Below are positions 31,661 to 42,264 of a stretch of DNA of 64,000 nucleotides, piece by piece. The position numbers were made by a program, and so were the translations under genes. Position 1 is the first letter of the stretch; the number at the start of each line of letters is the position of its first letter. Location: positions 94,313-158,312 of the forward strand of contig JAGFCA010000005.1 in the NCBI GenBank assembly GCA_022394755.1. Reading direction: 5' to 3'. The notes beneath the pieces are model-generated. The model had not been told where the DNA came from and searched no databases. It worked only from the letters and a program-made list of their open reading frames with translations. The stretch is from Candidatus Poribacteria bacterium (GTDB lineage Bacteria > Poribacteria > WGA-4E > WGA-3G).

Positions 31661-32386
31661 ATGAAAATGGATGTACTTACGCTATTCCCAGAGATAATCA
31701 CACCTGCACTTCAAACCGGTATTCTAAAACGTATCCAAGAGTCTGGAGAACTTGTCGCAAACATATACAATATAAGAGATTGGACAACGGATCGGCACAA
31801 AACTGTTGATGATTATCCTTATGGTGGCGGCGCAGGTATGATCCTCAAACCTGAACCTATTTTTTCTGCTGTTTCTGCCATGGAACCCACTGAGGATACT
31901 GATATTATCTATCTAACGCCTCAAGGTATTCCGTTGACTCAACCTATTGTAGAAGAATTGTCTCTAAAACCACATCTGATTTTCATCTGTGGACGTTATA
32001 AAGGTATAGATGAACGGGTACGAGAGAAAATTGTCACAAAAGAAATATCAATCGGCGACTTTGTACTGAGTGGTGGAGAAATAGCAGCTCTGGTTCTTAT
32101 TGATGCTATCGGTCGTGTATTACCTGGTGCTTTAGGCGATTTTGAATCTGCACATGAAGATTCTTTCAGTAAGGATTTTCTTGATCACCCACACTACACT
32201 CGACCAGTTGAATTTGAAGGGATGAAAGTTCCCGAGGTCTTATTAAGTGGGCATCATGAGAACATCAAAAAATGGCGTTTTTCTCAGTCATTAAAAAGAA
32301 CTGCTGAGCGACGGCCAGATATTTTAGAAAACCTTGAATTGACTGATGAAGAGGTTGATATCCTTAAGGATTTTGATAAAAACTAA
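31661..32386 (+). CDS. trmD: tRNA (guanine37-N1)-methyltransferase
   Basis: VLTLFPE, VDD.PYGGG.GM, CGRY.G.DER, SIGDFVLSGGE, HYTRP. Confidence 0.98.
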   Translation: MKMDVLTLFPEIITPALQTGILKRIQESGELVANIYNIRDWTTDRHKTVDDYPYGGGAGMILKPEPIFSAVSAMEPTEDTDIIYLTPQGIPLTQPIVEELSLKPHLIFICGRYKGIDERVREKIVTKEISIGDFVLSGGEIAALVLIDAIGRVLPGALGDFESAHEDSFSKDFLDHPHYTRPVEFEGMKVPEVLLSGHHENIKKWRFSQSLKRTAERRPDILENLELTDEEVDILKDFDKN

Positions 32387-32461
32387 ATACATTCATGGAT
32401 ATGGTCCTTAGAAACCCTATCACAGTCTTGAAATCAATTAAATTGAAAGGAGGAAAGAACA

Positions 32462-32806
32462 ATGAATTTGATTCAGTCCGTAGAAAACCAACACGTAAAA
32501 GATAATATTCCAGATTTTGGTCCAGGGGACATCGTTCGAGTTAATACTCGAATCCGAGAAGGACAAAAAGAGCGAATTCAAGCTTATGAAGGAACAGTAA
32601 TTCGTCGGGCACATAGTGGTACTCGCGCATCTTTTACTGTTCGAAGAGTCGCTTTCGGAACAGGGAGTGAAAGAACTTTTCCATTACATTCACCGAATAT
32701 TGAAAGTATCAGTGTAGTTAGGTATGGTGCTGTTCGCCGTGCAAAATTATACTATCTAAGAAATCGTACAGGAAGGTCTGCCCGCGTCAAAGAAGAAAGA
32801 AGATAA
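32462..32806 (+). CDS. rplS: 50S ribosomal protein L19
   Basis: F.PGD.V.V, EG.KERIQ.YEG, VRRAKLYYLR. Confidence 0.98.
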   Translation: MNLIQSVENQHVKDNIPDFGPGDIVRVNTRIREGQKERIQAYEGTVIRRAHSGTRASFTVRRVAFGTGSERTFPLHSPNIESISVVRYGAVRRAKLYYLRNRTGRSARVKEERR

Positions 32807-32821
32807 TTGTCTGGTGGATGA

Positions 32822-33412
32822 ATGTATTCATACGAACGTGCATCCCTAAAAAAAGGCTATAAGGATATTGCTGGAATTGATGAAGCAGGAAGAGGTGCGT
32901 TAGCTGGTCCAGTGGTTGCTGCAGCTGTTATATTACCTATTGAATGTACTATTGAAGGGTTGAAAGACTCAAAACAATTGACTTCTAAACAGCGAGAACT
33001 TCTGGTAGATGTAATACAATCAAAAGCAATTTCGGTGGGTGTTGGCATAATAGATAATTATATTATTGACAAGATAAATATCTTGCAAGCAACACTTCAA
33101 GCGATGAATAAGGCAGTAGAACAACTTGATCAACAACCCGAATATCTTCTTGTTGATGGTTCAAAAATGCCAGATACCCATATTTCAGGGGAAGCAATTC
33201 CAAAGGGTGATAACCTAAGTATTTCAATAGCAGCTGCATCTGTTATAGCGAAAACAACTCGTGATAGACTCATGATTGAGTATGATACGACATATCCGGA
33301 ATATAGTTTCCCAAAACATAAAGGATACCCAACAGTACTTCACAGACGTGCAATTGCCAAGTTCGGTCCAACAGAAATTCACAGAAAAACATTCAAATTA
33401 TATGTAGAATAA
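32822..33412 (+). CDS. rnhB: Ribonuclease HII
   Basis: AGIDEAGRG.LAGPV, DSKQL, IAAAS..AK..RD, HKGY.T. Confidence 0.97.
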   Translation: MYSYERASLKKGYKDIAGIDEAGRGALAGPVVAAAVILPIECTIEGLKDSKQLTSKQRELLVDVIQSKAISVGVGIIDNYIIDKINILQATLQAMNKAVEQLDQQPEYLLVDGSKMPDTHISGEAIPKGDNLSISIAAASVIAKTTRDRLMIEYDTTYPEYSFPKHKGYPTVLHRRAIAKFGPTEIHRKTFKLYVE

Positions 33413-33454
33413 TTGTATAATACCGAATGTAATCTCTATGATTTAGGATTATGG

Positions 33455-33844
33455 ATGTCTCGTTCATTACAAAATGTTGCCAAAATAGGTGAAAAACTTG
33501 CTGTAGAACATCTAAAGACACAAGGATATCAGATACTTGCCGAGAATTATCGCTACCAACGTGGAGAAATTGATATAATTTCTAAGCATGAAGAACGGAT
33601 AGTATTTGTTGAGGTTAAGACACGGCGAAGTTTAAAATATGGAGTACCACAAGCCGCTGTGACAGAACAAAAACAACGACAAATTTCAAAAATTGCTTTA
33701 GCATACTTACAAACACATCATCTAATAGATTCTCCTTGCCGTTTTGATGTTATTGCGATACACTTAACTCGAGACCTTAAACTGATTAATCTTAAACAGA
33801 TTAAAAGTGCATTTGAATTTATCCCTGAAACTAACCTCATATAG
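33455..33844 (+). CDS. yraN: YraN (UPF0102) family protein
   Basis: GE..A...L...GY.I...N.R...GEIDII, FVEVKTR, RFDV; ATG 33455 preferred. Confidence 0.92.
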   Translation: MSRSLQNVAKIGEKLAVEHLKTQGYQILAENYRYQRGEIDIISKHEERIVFVEVKTRRSLKYGVPQAAVTEQKQRQISKIALAYLQTHHLIDSPCRFDVIAIHLTRDLKLINLKQIKSAFEFIPETNLI

Positions 33845-33998
33845 TGTGGTTGATCTTATTATTGTTATTGTAGAATGTTGACCATTCAGATTTCTGCAGA
33901 ACTGAATGGTCGTGTTGGTCAACTTTTTGTACCTAATACACAATTCTGCATTGCCCAATTGAAGACTACCACACTATTCTCTATCAAGGAATTCGACG

Positions 33999-34682
33999 AT
34001 GCAAGCGATAATCCTTTGTGGAGGACTCTCAACAAGACTGGGTAAAACTACAGAAAAAATACCTAAAATACTTTTAACAATTGGAAACCGAACTGTATTA
34101 AACTGCCAGATTGATCTTTTATCAAAGGCTGGTGTTAGTGAAGTCATCCTTGCTTCTGGACATTTACATGATGTGATTTATTCACAGGTTGGGGAGGATA
34201 TGGATGGTGTAAAAATTCGGTATGCGAAAGAAGAAAAGCCGCTTGGTACTGGGGGTGCTATTCAAAACGCATTTCAATTTGTTGATGAATTCCCGGTGTT
34301 TGTTCTCCACGGTGATATCCTATTAAAAGGTTTTTCGCTAACTGATATGCTATCCCACCTACGTCAAGAGATGGAAGGATTATTACTCGGTGTCTCTGTT
34401 TCAGACCTCTCATCCTATGGAGAAATCGTTGCCGACAATGATGGACGTATAACCCAATTTCGCGAAAAACAGAATGTGCGTCGTCCCGGTTGTGCAAATG
34501 GTGCAATATTCCTGTTTAATCATAGAATTACGGATGCATTTCCGGATAAAGAAGTATTCTCAATTGAACGCGATGTTTTTCCAAAACTACAAAACCTCTA
34601 TGTCCACAAAGTAGATTCTGAATGGATTGATATAGGGGTACCTGAAAGACTTGAGTATGCACGCAAACATTTCATAGAATAA
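33999..34682 (+). CDS. Sugar-phosphate nucleotidyltransferase (NTP_transferase)
   Basis: AIILCGGLSTRL, PK, PLGTGGA, WIDIG.PE. Confidence 0.9.
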   Translation: MQAIILCGGLSTRLGKTTEKIPKILLTIGNRTVLNCQIDLLSKAGVSEVILASGHLHDVIYSQVGEDMDGVKIRYAKEEKPLGTGGAIQNAFQFVDEFPVFVLHGDILLKGFSLTDMLSHLRQEMEGLLLGVSVSDLSSYGEIVADNDGRITQFREKQNVRRPGCANGAIFLFNHRITDAFPDKEVFSIERDVFPKLQNLYVHKVDSEWIDIGVPERLEYARKHFIE

Positions 34683-34766
34683 CATTTGATGTTAGGGATT
34701 ACTCCGAAAATTTAATAATCTGTAATGTAATTAAATTTGAACTATTTTTCATAATTGGAGATTCGT

Positions 34767-35594
34767 ATGCCTGTATTAAGTAAAGAAGATCTTGATTTTT
34801 GGGAAGAAAATGGTTACGTTGTGGTACGAGAAGCAGTGCCACTTGAGAATTGTCACGCCGCTGAACAAGCAGTATGGGATTTCCTTGAAATGGACCGTGA
34901 GAATACTGATAGTTGGTATCCAGATCCACCACGTAGAAGTATTATGGTGGAGATTTACCAACATCAAGCATTATGGGATAATCGTCAATTTCCCCGTGTT
35001 CATCAGGCATTTTCAGAGATCTGGGGAACTGAAAAACTCTTAGTCAGTTTTGACAGGGCAAGTATGAATCCACCTGAGCGAGATGACTGGAAGTTTACTG
35101 GACCCTTTTTACATTGGGATATGTCCTTAGACAACATGCCTGTAACTCTGAAAGTACAAGGAGTCTTATATCTCGCGGATACCCCCGGCAATCAAGGAGC
35201 TTTTACCTGTGTTCCAGGTTTTCATCATACACTGGAGGATTGGCTGAAGGGTATTCCTTCAGACGCTAACCCACAACACATTGTCCGAGAACAATTTCAG
35301 GATAAAGCAGTACCAGTTGAAGGTAAGGCTGGCGACCTGGTTATATGGCATAGCGCATTACCACATGGAAGTAGTCCAAATTCAGCAGTACGTCCACGAA
35401 TGGCACAGTACATAACTATGTCCCCTGCTCCAAATGAAGGTAAAGATACCCATCAAGAAAGAGTTGAGGGATGGCGTGAACGATTGACAGGTCTTGGAAA
35501 AAAACAGAAGGAAAAAGAGCACAACGAAGGCACAACTGCAGTTTTGACCCCTTTAGGTAAGAAACTTCTTGGACTCGAACCGTGGGTAGCCTAA
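34767..35594 (+). CDS. Phytanoyl-CoA dioxygenase (PhyH) family protein
   Basis: F.ENGY.V, HWD, VQGVL.L, G.AGD.VIWH..LPHG; ATG after GGAG. Confidence 0.9.
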   Translation: MPVLSKEDLDFWEENGYVVVREAVPLENCHAAEQAVWDFLEMDRENTDSWYPDPPRRSIMVEIYQHQALWDNRQFPRVHQAFSEIWGTEKLLVSFDRASMNPPERDDWKFTGPFLHWDMSLDNMPVTLKVQGVLYLADTPGNQGAFTCVPGFHHTLEDWLKGIPSDANPQHIVREQFQDKAVPVEGKAGDLVIWHSALPHGSSPNSAVRPRMAQYITMSPAPNEGKDTHQERVEGWRERLTGLGKKQKEKEHNEGTTAVLTPLGKKLLGLEPWVA

Positions 35595-35610
35595 TCTATA
35601 TTAAAGTATC

Positions 35611-35637
35611 AGGCGGGTTGATAACCCGCCTTTTTTA
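35611..35637 (+). terminator. Rho-independent terminator
   Basis: AGGCGGGTT-GAT-AACCCGCCT followed by T-run. Confidence 0.85.
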
Positions 35638-35678
35638 TTGCAGTTTACTTATAGTTCATGGTGTAATTTATCTATAGA

Positions 35679-35716
35679 TTTCCTCCTGTATGTACTATTT
35701 CCTCCTGTATGTACTA
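35679..35716. repeat. Exact 19-bp tandem duplication
   Basis: TTTCCTCCTGTATGTACTA x2 upstream of cydA. Confidence 0.9.
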
Positions 35717-35836
35717 TATGTTGCAAATTATCAGTAGAGTTGGTTTGTCCTATATTTAAATACAAGATCGAGAATCTTTTCCAAATGCTCTATTTTCAAG
35801 TATTTAATATGAAGTATAAAATTCGATAGGTAGAAT

Positions 35837-37126
35837 ATGGAAGATCTATTAGTAGCACGTTTTCAAATGGCTATGTCACTCGGTTTTCATATTATCTTTG
35901 CCTGTGTTGGCATTGCTATGCCTCTGCTTATGGTAATCGCTGAAGGGATGTGGTTGAAAACTGGTGATAATACATATCTTACCTTAGCCAAACGTTGGTC
36001 CAAAGGCACAGCAATAATGTTTGCTGTAGGGGCAGTATCTGGTACAGTACTTTCCTTTGAATTAGGTTTACTGTGGCCTACCTTTATGGCATACGCCGGT
36101 CCAATCATAGGTATGCCATTCTCACTTGAAGGATTGGCATTCTTCATAGAAGCTATTTTTCTTGGGATTTACTTATATGGGTGGGAACGTGTACCGCGAA
36201 AAATTCATTGGATGTCTGGCATTATGGTTTTATTAGGTGGAACATTTTCTGGTATATTCGTTGTTACTGCTAACGCTTGGATGAATACTCCAGTTGGATT
36301 TTCAATCGTAGATGGGAAGGTAACAGACATTGACCCTATTGCAGCAATGTTGAATCCTTCTTCATTCACACAAGCACTCCATATGACACTTGCAGCATTC
36401 ATGGCGGTTGCATTTGCAGTAGCAGGTATACACGCATATTTTCTAAGACGTGAACCTCAAAATCAGTTTCATCGTAAAGCTTTTGCAATTGCTCTGTGCG
36501 TGGGAGCCATAGTATCAATTCTTCAGCCGATTTCAGGTGACATTAGTGCAAAACGTCTCGCAAAATATCAACCAATCAAACTTGCTGCAATGGAAGGACA
36601 GTGGGAAACAGTACGTGGAGCACCACTTCGGATAGGGGGTATACCTGATGAAGATAATGAAGTGACAAGATATGCTTTAGAAATTCCAAAAGCATTGAGT
36701 TTTCTTGCAAACTTTGATCCAAATTCTGAAATTATGGGTCTCAAAGATGTTCCAAGAGAAAATCGACCACCAGTAGCAATTGTCCATTTTGCATTTCAGA
36801 TTATGGTGGCATGTGGAATCGTTATGATTGTTGCTGGCATTCTGGGTGGATGGTTAGCATGGAGAAAAAAAGGAATTCCAACCCAAGAATGGTATCTCAA
36901 ATTCATTACAATATGTTCACCACTCGGTTTCATTGCAATAGAAGCTGGTTGGACGGTTACTGAGGTCGGTAGACAGCCGTGGATAATATACAACATTATG
37001 AAAACCAAGGATGCTGTTACATCCATGCCGAACCTTATTATACCTTTCATCGGTTTCACCATACTCTATCTTTTCCTATCCGTTGTCGTTGTGATACTCT
37101 TACGCCGTCAGATATTCTATGAATGA
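35837..37126 (+). CDS. cydA: Cytochrome bd ubiquinol oxidase subunit I (short Q-loop)
   Basis: ARFQ....FHIIF, EG..FF.E, KLAAMEG, GW..TEVGRQPW. Confidence 0.96.
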   Translation: MEDLLVARFQMAMSLGFHIIFACVGIAMPLLMVIAEGMWLKTGDNTYLTLAKRWSKGTAIMFAVGAVSGTVLSFELGLLWPTFMAYAGPIIGMPFSLEGLAFFIEAIFLGIYLYGWERVPRKIHWMSGIMVLLGGTFSGIFVVTANAWMNTPVGFSIVDGKVTDIDPIAAMLNPSSFTQALHMTLAAFMAVAFAVAGIHAYFLRREPQNQFHRKAFAIALCVGAIVSILQPISGDISAKRLAKYQPIKLAAMEGQWETVRGAPLRIGGIPDEDNEVTRYALEIPKALSFLANFDPNSEIMGLKDVPRENRPPVAIVHFAFQIMVACGIVMIVAGILGGWLAWRKKGIPTQEWYLKFITICSPLGFIAIEAGWTVTEVGRQPWIIYNIMKTKDAVTSMPNLIIPFIGFTILYLFLSVVVVILLRRQIFYE

Positions 37127-37239
37127 ATCATCTAACTATTTATGTATTGCAATTATTGATTAACTGTAATGGTAAAGTGTCTATGATTATTGGGGTGTGT
37201 ATTACAGTTTTCAAAAATTCTACTCATATAGACTTGGCA

Positions 37240-37261
37240 GGTTCGGTTTCCTAACCGTACC
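37240..37261 (+). repeat. REP-like palindrome in the cydA-cydB gap
   Basis: GGTTCGGTT-TCCT-AACCGTACC; related to 467-486. Confidence 0.55.
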
Positions 37262-37410
37262 ATTGCGGCAATTCAATTAAAAAAATGATGTATACTAAGC
37301 CGATAGGTTCAGTCTATATGGCAACACCCTTAGACGTTTGAAGTGCCACCGTTTTTTCTGATTCGAATACAAAATTTGCCTAATCAAACTAACGTTAGAA
37401 GTCGGGTATT

Positions 37411-38424
37411 ATGATTGGTCTTGAAGTCTACCTCGCAGTTATTATGTTGATCTCACTTATCCTATATATGCTTACCGGAGGTGCCGACTTCGGTGGAGGA
37501 GTATGGGACCTATTTGCAATTGGACCACGAGCCAAAACGCAACGTGATATCATACATCATGCACTTGCTCCAATTTGGGAAGCAAACCATGTATGGCTCA
37601 TTGTAATAGTAGTGCTGCTTTTTGTGGCGTTTCCTGTTGCATTTGCTACTATTGGAACTGCATTACATATACCCTTAACACTCATGTTGATTGGGATCGT
37701 CTTACGTGGCACAGCATTTGTATTTCGAACATACGATGATCAATCAGAGAGAGTTCATCTTAGGTGGAGTCGACTCTTTGCAATCGCAAGCATTATTACT
37801 CCAATCATGTTAGGTATTGCTTTAGGAGCGATTGCTTCAGGGACAATAAACGCCGATCCAGAAACAGCTATAGTAGATACAGACTTTGTTTCATCATGGT
37901 TAAAACCATTTCCGTTTGCAATAGGTCTATTTACTCTAACAATCTGTGCTATGCTTGCTGCGGTATATCTTACACTGGAAACCGATGATGTCGCGATTCA
38001 AGAGGATTTCCGGCTACGAGCACTTATAGCAACTATTAGTGTAGGTGTCATGGCATGTATTAGCTTTCTACTTTCAACTAATGGTGCCCCGGCAATAAGA
38101 GCAGGATTGGGAAATAGTTATTGGTCAATACCATTTCATATAGTTACTGGTCTAATCGCTATTCTTGGTATCTGGTCTATTTGGAGTCGGCAATTCAAAC
38201 TTGCTCGGATTGTAATTCCTATACAGGTAACACTTATAATACTTGGATGGGGATTTGCACAATATCCTAACCTTGTAGCACCCAATCTAACGTTTTCTAA
38301 TACTGCAGCCCCTGATTCTGTACTAAAACCGGTATTAATAATAATTCTTTGTGGTGGGATTCTCTTAATTCCTGCTTTCTGGTATCTATATAAGGTATTT
38401 AAAGGCAGATCCTTAACCGAATAG
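37411..38424 (+). CDS. cydB: Cytochrome bd ubiquinol oxidase subunit II
   Basis: GADFGGG, PIWEANHVWL, LRG.AF.FR, Y.VF.G. Confidence 0.95.
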   Translation: MIGLEVYLAVIMLISLILYMLTGGADFGGGVWDLFAIGPRAKTQRDIIHHALAPIWEANHVWLIVIVVLLFVAFPVAFATIGTALHIPLTLMLIGIVLRGTAFVFRTYDDQSERVHLRWSRLFAIASIITPIMLGIALGAIASGTINADPETAIVDTDFVSSWLKPFPFAIGLFTLTICAMLAAVYLTLETDDVAIQEDFRLRALIATISVGVMACISFLLSTNGAPAIRAGLGNSYWSIPFHIVTGLIAILGIWSIWSRQFKLARIVIPIQVTLIILGWGFAQYPNLVAPNLTFSNTAAPDSVLKPVLIIILCGGILLIPAFWYLYKVFKGRSLTE

Positions 38425-38536
38425 TATTTCGCTGTTATCCTCCAGATACAATTCTTCTGTTTCAAATACTAAACCATTTTTGATAATTATAGTCTCTATA
38501 ATGTAGAATAATCTGCCATTTTGAACAGTTTTTCAA

Positions 38537-40573
38537 GTGAGATTTTACAAATCCCCATGCCATCTCCACCATAACTCATCATTGAAACATAGGTTCGAGC
38601 CACTCTTGAAACAGATAAAACAATTCCTAATTCTACCAGTAGCAGTTCTCCTTAGTTTATTCATACTACTCGAAGTTAACTACCCTAACCTAAGACCTCA
38701 ATCTGCACTATCACTGTTTGCCATGTTGGGTCTAATTGTTGTATTCCTGAAATACCCAATACATAAAAAATTGGAGAATAAACCTATACTGTTTATCCTT
38801 GATTATGTATTCGTAGGATTGGTAATTGTTTGCTTCGGTTATGTTATCGTTCAGACTGAACCCATTTTCAAAAAGTTATGGTTGAATGGAAAATATCTTG
38901 GCGATCGAGTTTCTCAGGAACACCCTATTGACTTTGTAGTAGGGGGTGTAGGGATTCTATTAATCCTTGAAGCCACACGTCGTTCCGTTGGAATCACTCT
39001 TGTCATTCTCTCTTCTGTATTTCTCGCCTATGCGGGATTTGGTCAGTATATGCCAGACTGGTTGTTTCCGCATCGTGGATTCTCACTACAACGAATTATC
39101 AGTCATACTTTCCTTCATGCTGGTACATTCGGTATAGCACTCCGAGTAATGTTTACCTATGTATTCCTATTCGTACTTTTTGGTGCATTTCTGGAACGTA
39201 CTGGGGCAACAAATTACATCCTAAACCTTGTTAGACGGATATTCGGTAATAGTGTCGGAAGTCCTGCAAAGGTTGCTGTCATTGCAAGTGGACTGATGGG
39301 GTCACTCTCAGGTTCAGCAGTTGCCAATACAGCGACTACTGGAACATTCACTATTCCACTGATGCGAGGTGTAGGTTTTAAACCTCAAATTGCTGGCGGT
39401 GTCGAAGCTGCAGCAAGTTCAGGTGGAGCATTAGTTCCTCCGATAATGGGAGCTGGCGCCTATATGATGTTGGAAATTGTGGAACCATCTGTCACATATC
39501 TGCAAATTATCAGGGCTGCCCTACTACCCGCTATCCTATATTATACCGCTCTGTTGCTAATTGTACATTTCTATTCAAAACAGATTAGCAAACAACCAAC
39601 TGATACAAAACAACCCGATAACGAGACTGAGGTACAAATACAATCTGAACCGCAAAGTGATAAACTTCCATTGATGCAGGGAATTGTCTTCATCGGTGCA
39701 TTTCTTACATTAATCGTGTTTCTATTATTAGGTTCTACACCGTTTCGTGCTGTTAGTTGGAGTATGCTTGTTGTTTTGGTTCTCAGTTTATTCGAAAAGC
39801 AAACAAGATTAGGTATAACAGGAATTATAAAAAGTATGGAAGGTGCTGCACATAGTGGTGTATCCCTTATAGCTGCTGCATCGTGTGTTGGGATAATCTT
39901 AGGCGTTGTAACACTTACGGGGGTTGGTTCGAAGTTACCTGCTACTATATTTCCATTAGCACAAACTAATCTAATTTTAGCACTGTTGCTGCTTATGGTA
40001 TCAACTATTATATTAGGTATGGGGTTACCATCATCAGTTTGTTATCTACTGATGGCTATATTATTAGGTCCGGTGCTCGTAGATTTGGGTGTTGTGCCTC
40101 TGGCAGCACATTTCTTCATTTTCTATTTTGGTATGATGTCAATGGTAACACCCCCTGTTGCTCTGGCTGCTTATACTGCAGCTGCTATTGCAGATGCTGG
40201 AATCATGAAAACAGCATTCGCAGCTTTTCGTTTCGCAATCGTTGGGTTTGCACTCCCTTATGCTTTCGTCCTACGACCAGAATTGCTTTGGTTAAATTCT
40301 GACGGTGGTAATCCTGAAATATGGATGCTTCTAATTAATCTCTCTTTGACATTATTGGGAACAATTATTTTCGCTGCCTCTATATCTGGATATGTATACA
40401 CCAGATTCTCTCTATGGGAACGTGCAATTATGTTGGTTTCAGCTATTTTTCTATTTTTTACACCGATAGAACTAAGTGTAATTTGGATTCATGTTATAGC
40501 AATACTTGCAAGTGCTGGTATCATTTACTATAATAGAGATAAGGGGAGGAGAATTAATGAAGTATACAGTTAA
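38537..40573 (+). CDS. TRAP transporter 4TM/12TM fused permease
   Basis: LEATRR..G, PAKVAV..S...G..SGSAVAN, EAAAS.GG...PP.MGA, LGMGLP, TPPVALA; start may be ~38606. Confidence 0.93.
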   Translation: MRFYKSPCHLHHNSSLKHRFEPLLKQIKQFLILPVAVLLSLFILLEVNYPNLRPQSALSLFAMLGLIVVFLKYPIHKKLENKPILFILDYVFVGLVIVCFGYVIVQTEPIFKKLWLNGKYLGDRVSQEHPIDFVVGGVGILLILEATRRSVGITLVILSSVFLAYAGFGQYMPDWLFPHRGFSLQRIISHTFLHAGTFGIALRVMFTYVFLFVLFGAFLERTGATNYILNLVRRIFGNSVGSPAKVAVIASGLMGSLSGSAVANTATTGTFTIPLMRGVGFKPQIAGGVEAAASSGGALVPPIMGAGAYMMLEIVEPSVTYLQIIRAALLPAILYYTALLLIVHFYSKQISKQPTDTKQPDNETEVQIQSEPQSDKLPLMQGIVFIGAFLTLIVFLLLGSTPFRAVSWSMLVVLVLSLFEKQTRLGITGIIKSMEGAAHSGVSLIAAASCVGIILGVVTLTGVGSKLPATIFPLAQTNLILALLLLMVSTIILGMGLPSSVCYLLMAILLGPVLVDLGVVPLAAHFFIFYFGMMSMVTPPVALAAYTAAAIADAGIMKTAFAAFRFAIVGFALPYAFVLRPELLWLNSDGGNPEIWMLLINLSLTLLGTIIFAASISGYVYTRFSLWERAIMLVSAIFLFFTPIELSVIWIHVIAILASAGIIYYNRDKGRRINEVYS

Positions 40574-40751
40574 ATGGATTCTATATAGCTTAATTATCCT
40601 ATTCTTAATTCTTCATAATGATTTTTGGTTGTGGAAGTCCTCCCAGATCGTCATAGGATTACCAATCGGTCTACTTTACCATATACTTTTCTGTCTCGGA
40701 ACATCCTTGCTTATGCTTTTTCTTGTGAAATATGCATGGAGAGAGAAATGA
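40557..40751 (+). CDS. Small membrane protein (DUF3311/DUF997-like SSS accessory)
   Basis: ATG after AGGAG; LHNDFWLW, GLP; ATGA-coupled to the symporter. Confidence 0.8.
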   Translation: MKYTVKWILYSLIILFLILHNDFWLWKSSQIVIGLPIGLLYHILFCLGTSLLMLFLVKYAWREK

Positions 40752-42232
40752 TCCTGACTATAATATTCTTATACCTTCTTTTAGTACTTAGTTTAGGGGT
40801 CATAAGCCATAAGTTCTTCAGAAATACTGGAGAAGACTATTTTGTTGCGAGTCGAAATATAAATTGGTTTATGTTGCTGATGTCATTGTTCGGTACAAAT
40901 ATGACGGCTTTTTCGATTCTTGGAGCATCCGGAGAAGCATATCATAAAGGCATCGGTGTGTTTGCATTAATGGCATCATCTTCAGCAATTATTGTGCCTT
41001 GTGTTTTTCTATTCATTGGAACACGTTTATGGAAAATTGGGAAAAAATTTGGATATATAACCCAAGTACAATTCTTCCGTGATAGATGGGAATCAAACGG
41101 GATCGGTTTACTCTTGTTTACCGTACTTGTATTGCTCTTAATACCCTATCTACTCATTGGGGTTGTAGGTGGTGGACGTACGCTATCTACAATCACAGAA
41201 AACACTATACCGCAATGGTTAGGCGGACTACTGATATGTGCAGTAGTTCTTTGTTATGTTACCTATAGCGGTATGCGTGGCACAGCGTGGGTAAACACAT
41301 TCCAAACTCTGGTTTTTATGACACTCGGTGCCCTAACTTTTTTCGTTATTATGAAAGCAATGGGTGGGTTATCAGATGCATTAAATAAAGTTGACTCCAA
41401 CTTATTAATGCAAGATGGGAATATAAAACCTTTAGAATTATTAACTTATACATTCATTCCCTTATCAGTTGGTATGTTTCCACACATCTTCTCACACTGT
41501 TTAACTGCCAGGGATGTTGGTTCATTCCGATATCCGATCATACTATATCCAATATGTATTGCCATTGTATGGATTCCGAGTGTCCTATTGGGTATATTAG
41601 GTAATATCGACTTTGGTGGATTACAGGGACCAGCAGCGAACGATGTATTGATTCTTATGATACGTCAGTATGCTCCAGGTATATTATCAGGGTTTTTAGC
41701 TGCAGGTGTTTTTGCTGCAATTATGTCCTCCCTTGATTCACAATCACTATCTCTCGGCAGTATGTTTACACATGACATCGTCCGTCCTTATCTTCGAACA
41801 AAAGGACATGAGCAGATGTCTGAAAATCAACAGGTATGGCTTGGTCGGTTATTTGTTATTTTTATTATTAGCATTACTTATATTATTTCACTTATTGCCA
41901 CACCAAGCATATTTAAGCTGGCTATCTGGTCCTTCACAGGTTTCTCGGGTTTATTTCCAATTGTGGTCGCTGCATTGTATTGGAAACGTAGTACCAAATC
42001 GGGGGTTTATTCAGCAATTGTAGTAGTTATTTTACTATGGCTTTATTTCTTTTTAAGTTTTTGGAAGACTCCCGGATACACAATCGGTGGAACTGGTATA
42101 ATGCCTGTAGCCGTCATCATAATAGTATCTTCTCTGACTTTGGTTTTTGTATCTGTAATTACGAAACCTCCATCTTCAGAGACAATAGAAAAGTTTACTT
42201 CTATAGGGAAGGTTAACTATATAAGCCAATAG
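40748..42232 (+). CDS. Sodium:solute symporter family protein
   Basis: EDYFVASR, GMRG.AW....Q, AAIMSSLDS, LYWKR....G. Confidence 0.93.
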   Translation: MILTIIFLYLLLVLSLGVISHKFFRNTGEDYFVASRNINWFMLLMSLFGTNMTAFSILGASGEAYHKGIGVFALMASSSAIIVPCVFLFIGTRLWKIGKKFGYITQVQFFRDRWESNGIGLLLFTVLVLLLIPYLLIGVVGGGRTLSTITENTIPQWLGGLLICAVVLCYVTYSGMRGTAWVNTFQTLVFMTLGALTFFVIMKAMGGLSDALNKVDSNLLMQDGNIKPLELLTYTFIPLSVGMFPHIFSHCLTARDVGSFRYPIILYPICIAIVWIPSVLLGILGNIDFGGLQGPAANDVLILMIRQYAPGILSGFLAAGVFAAIMSSLDSQSLSLGSMFTHDIVRPYLRTKGHEQMSENQQVWLGRLFVIFIISITYIISLIATPSIFKLAIWSFTGFSGLFPIVVAALYWKRSTKSGVYSAIVVVILLWLYFFLSFWKTPGYTIGGTGIMPVAVIIIVSSLTLVFVSVITKPPSSETIEKFTSIGKVNYISQ

Positions 42233-42264
42233 AGACTAATCAATCATTGGCAAGAAGAAAAATT

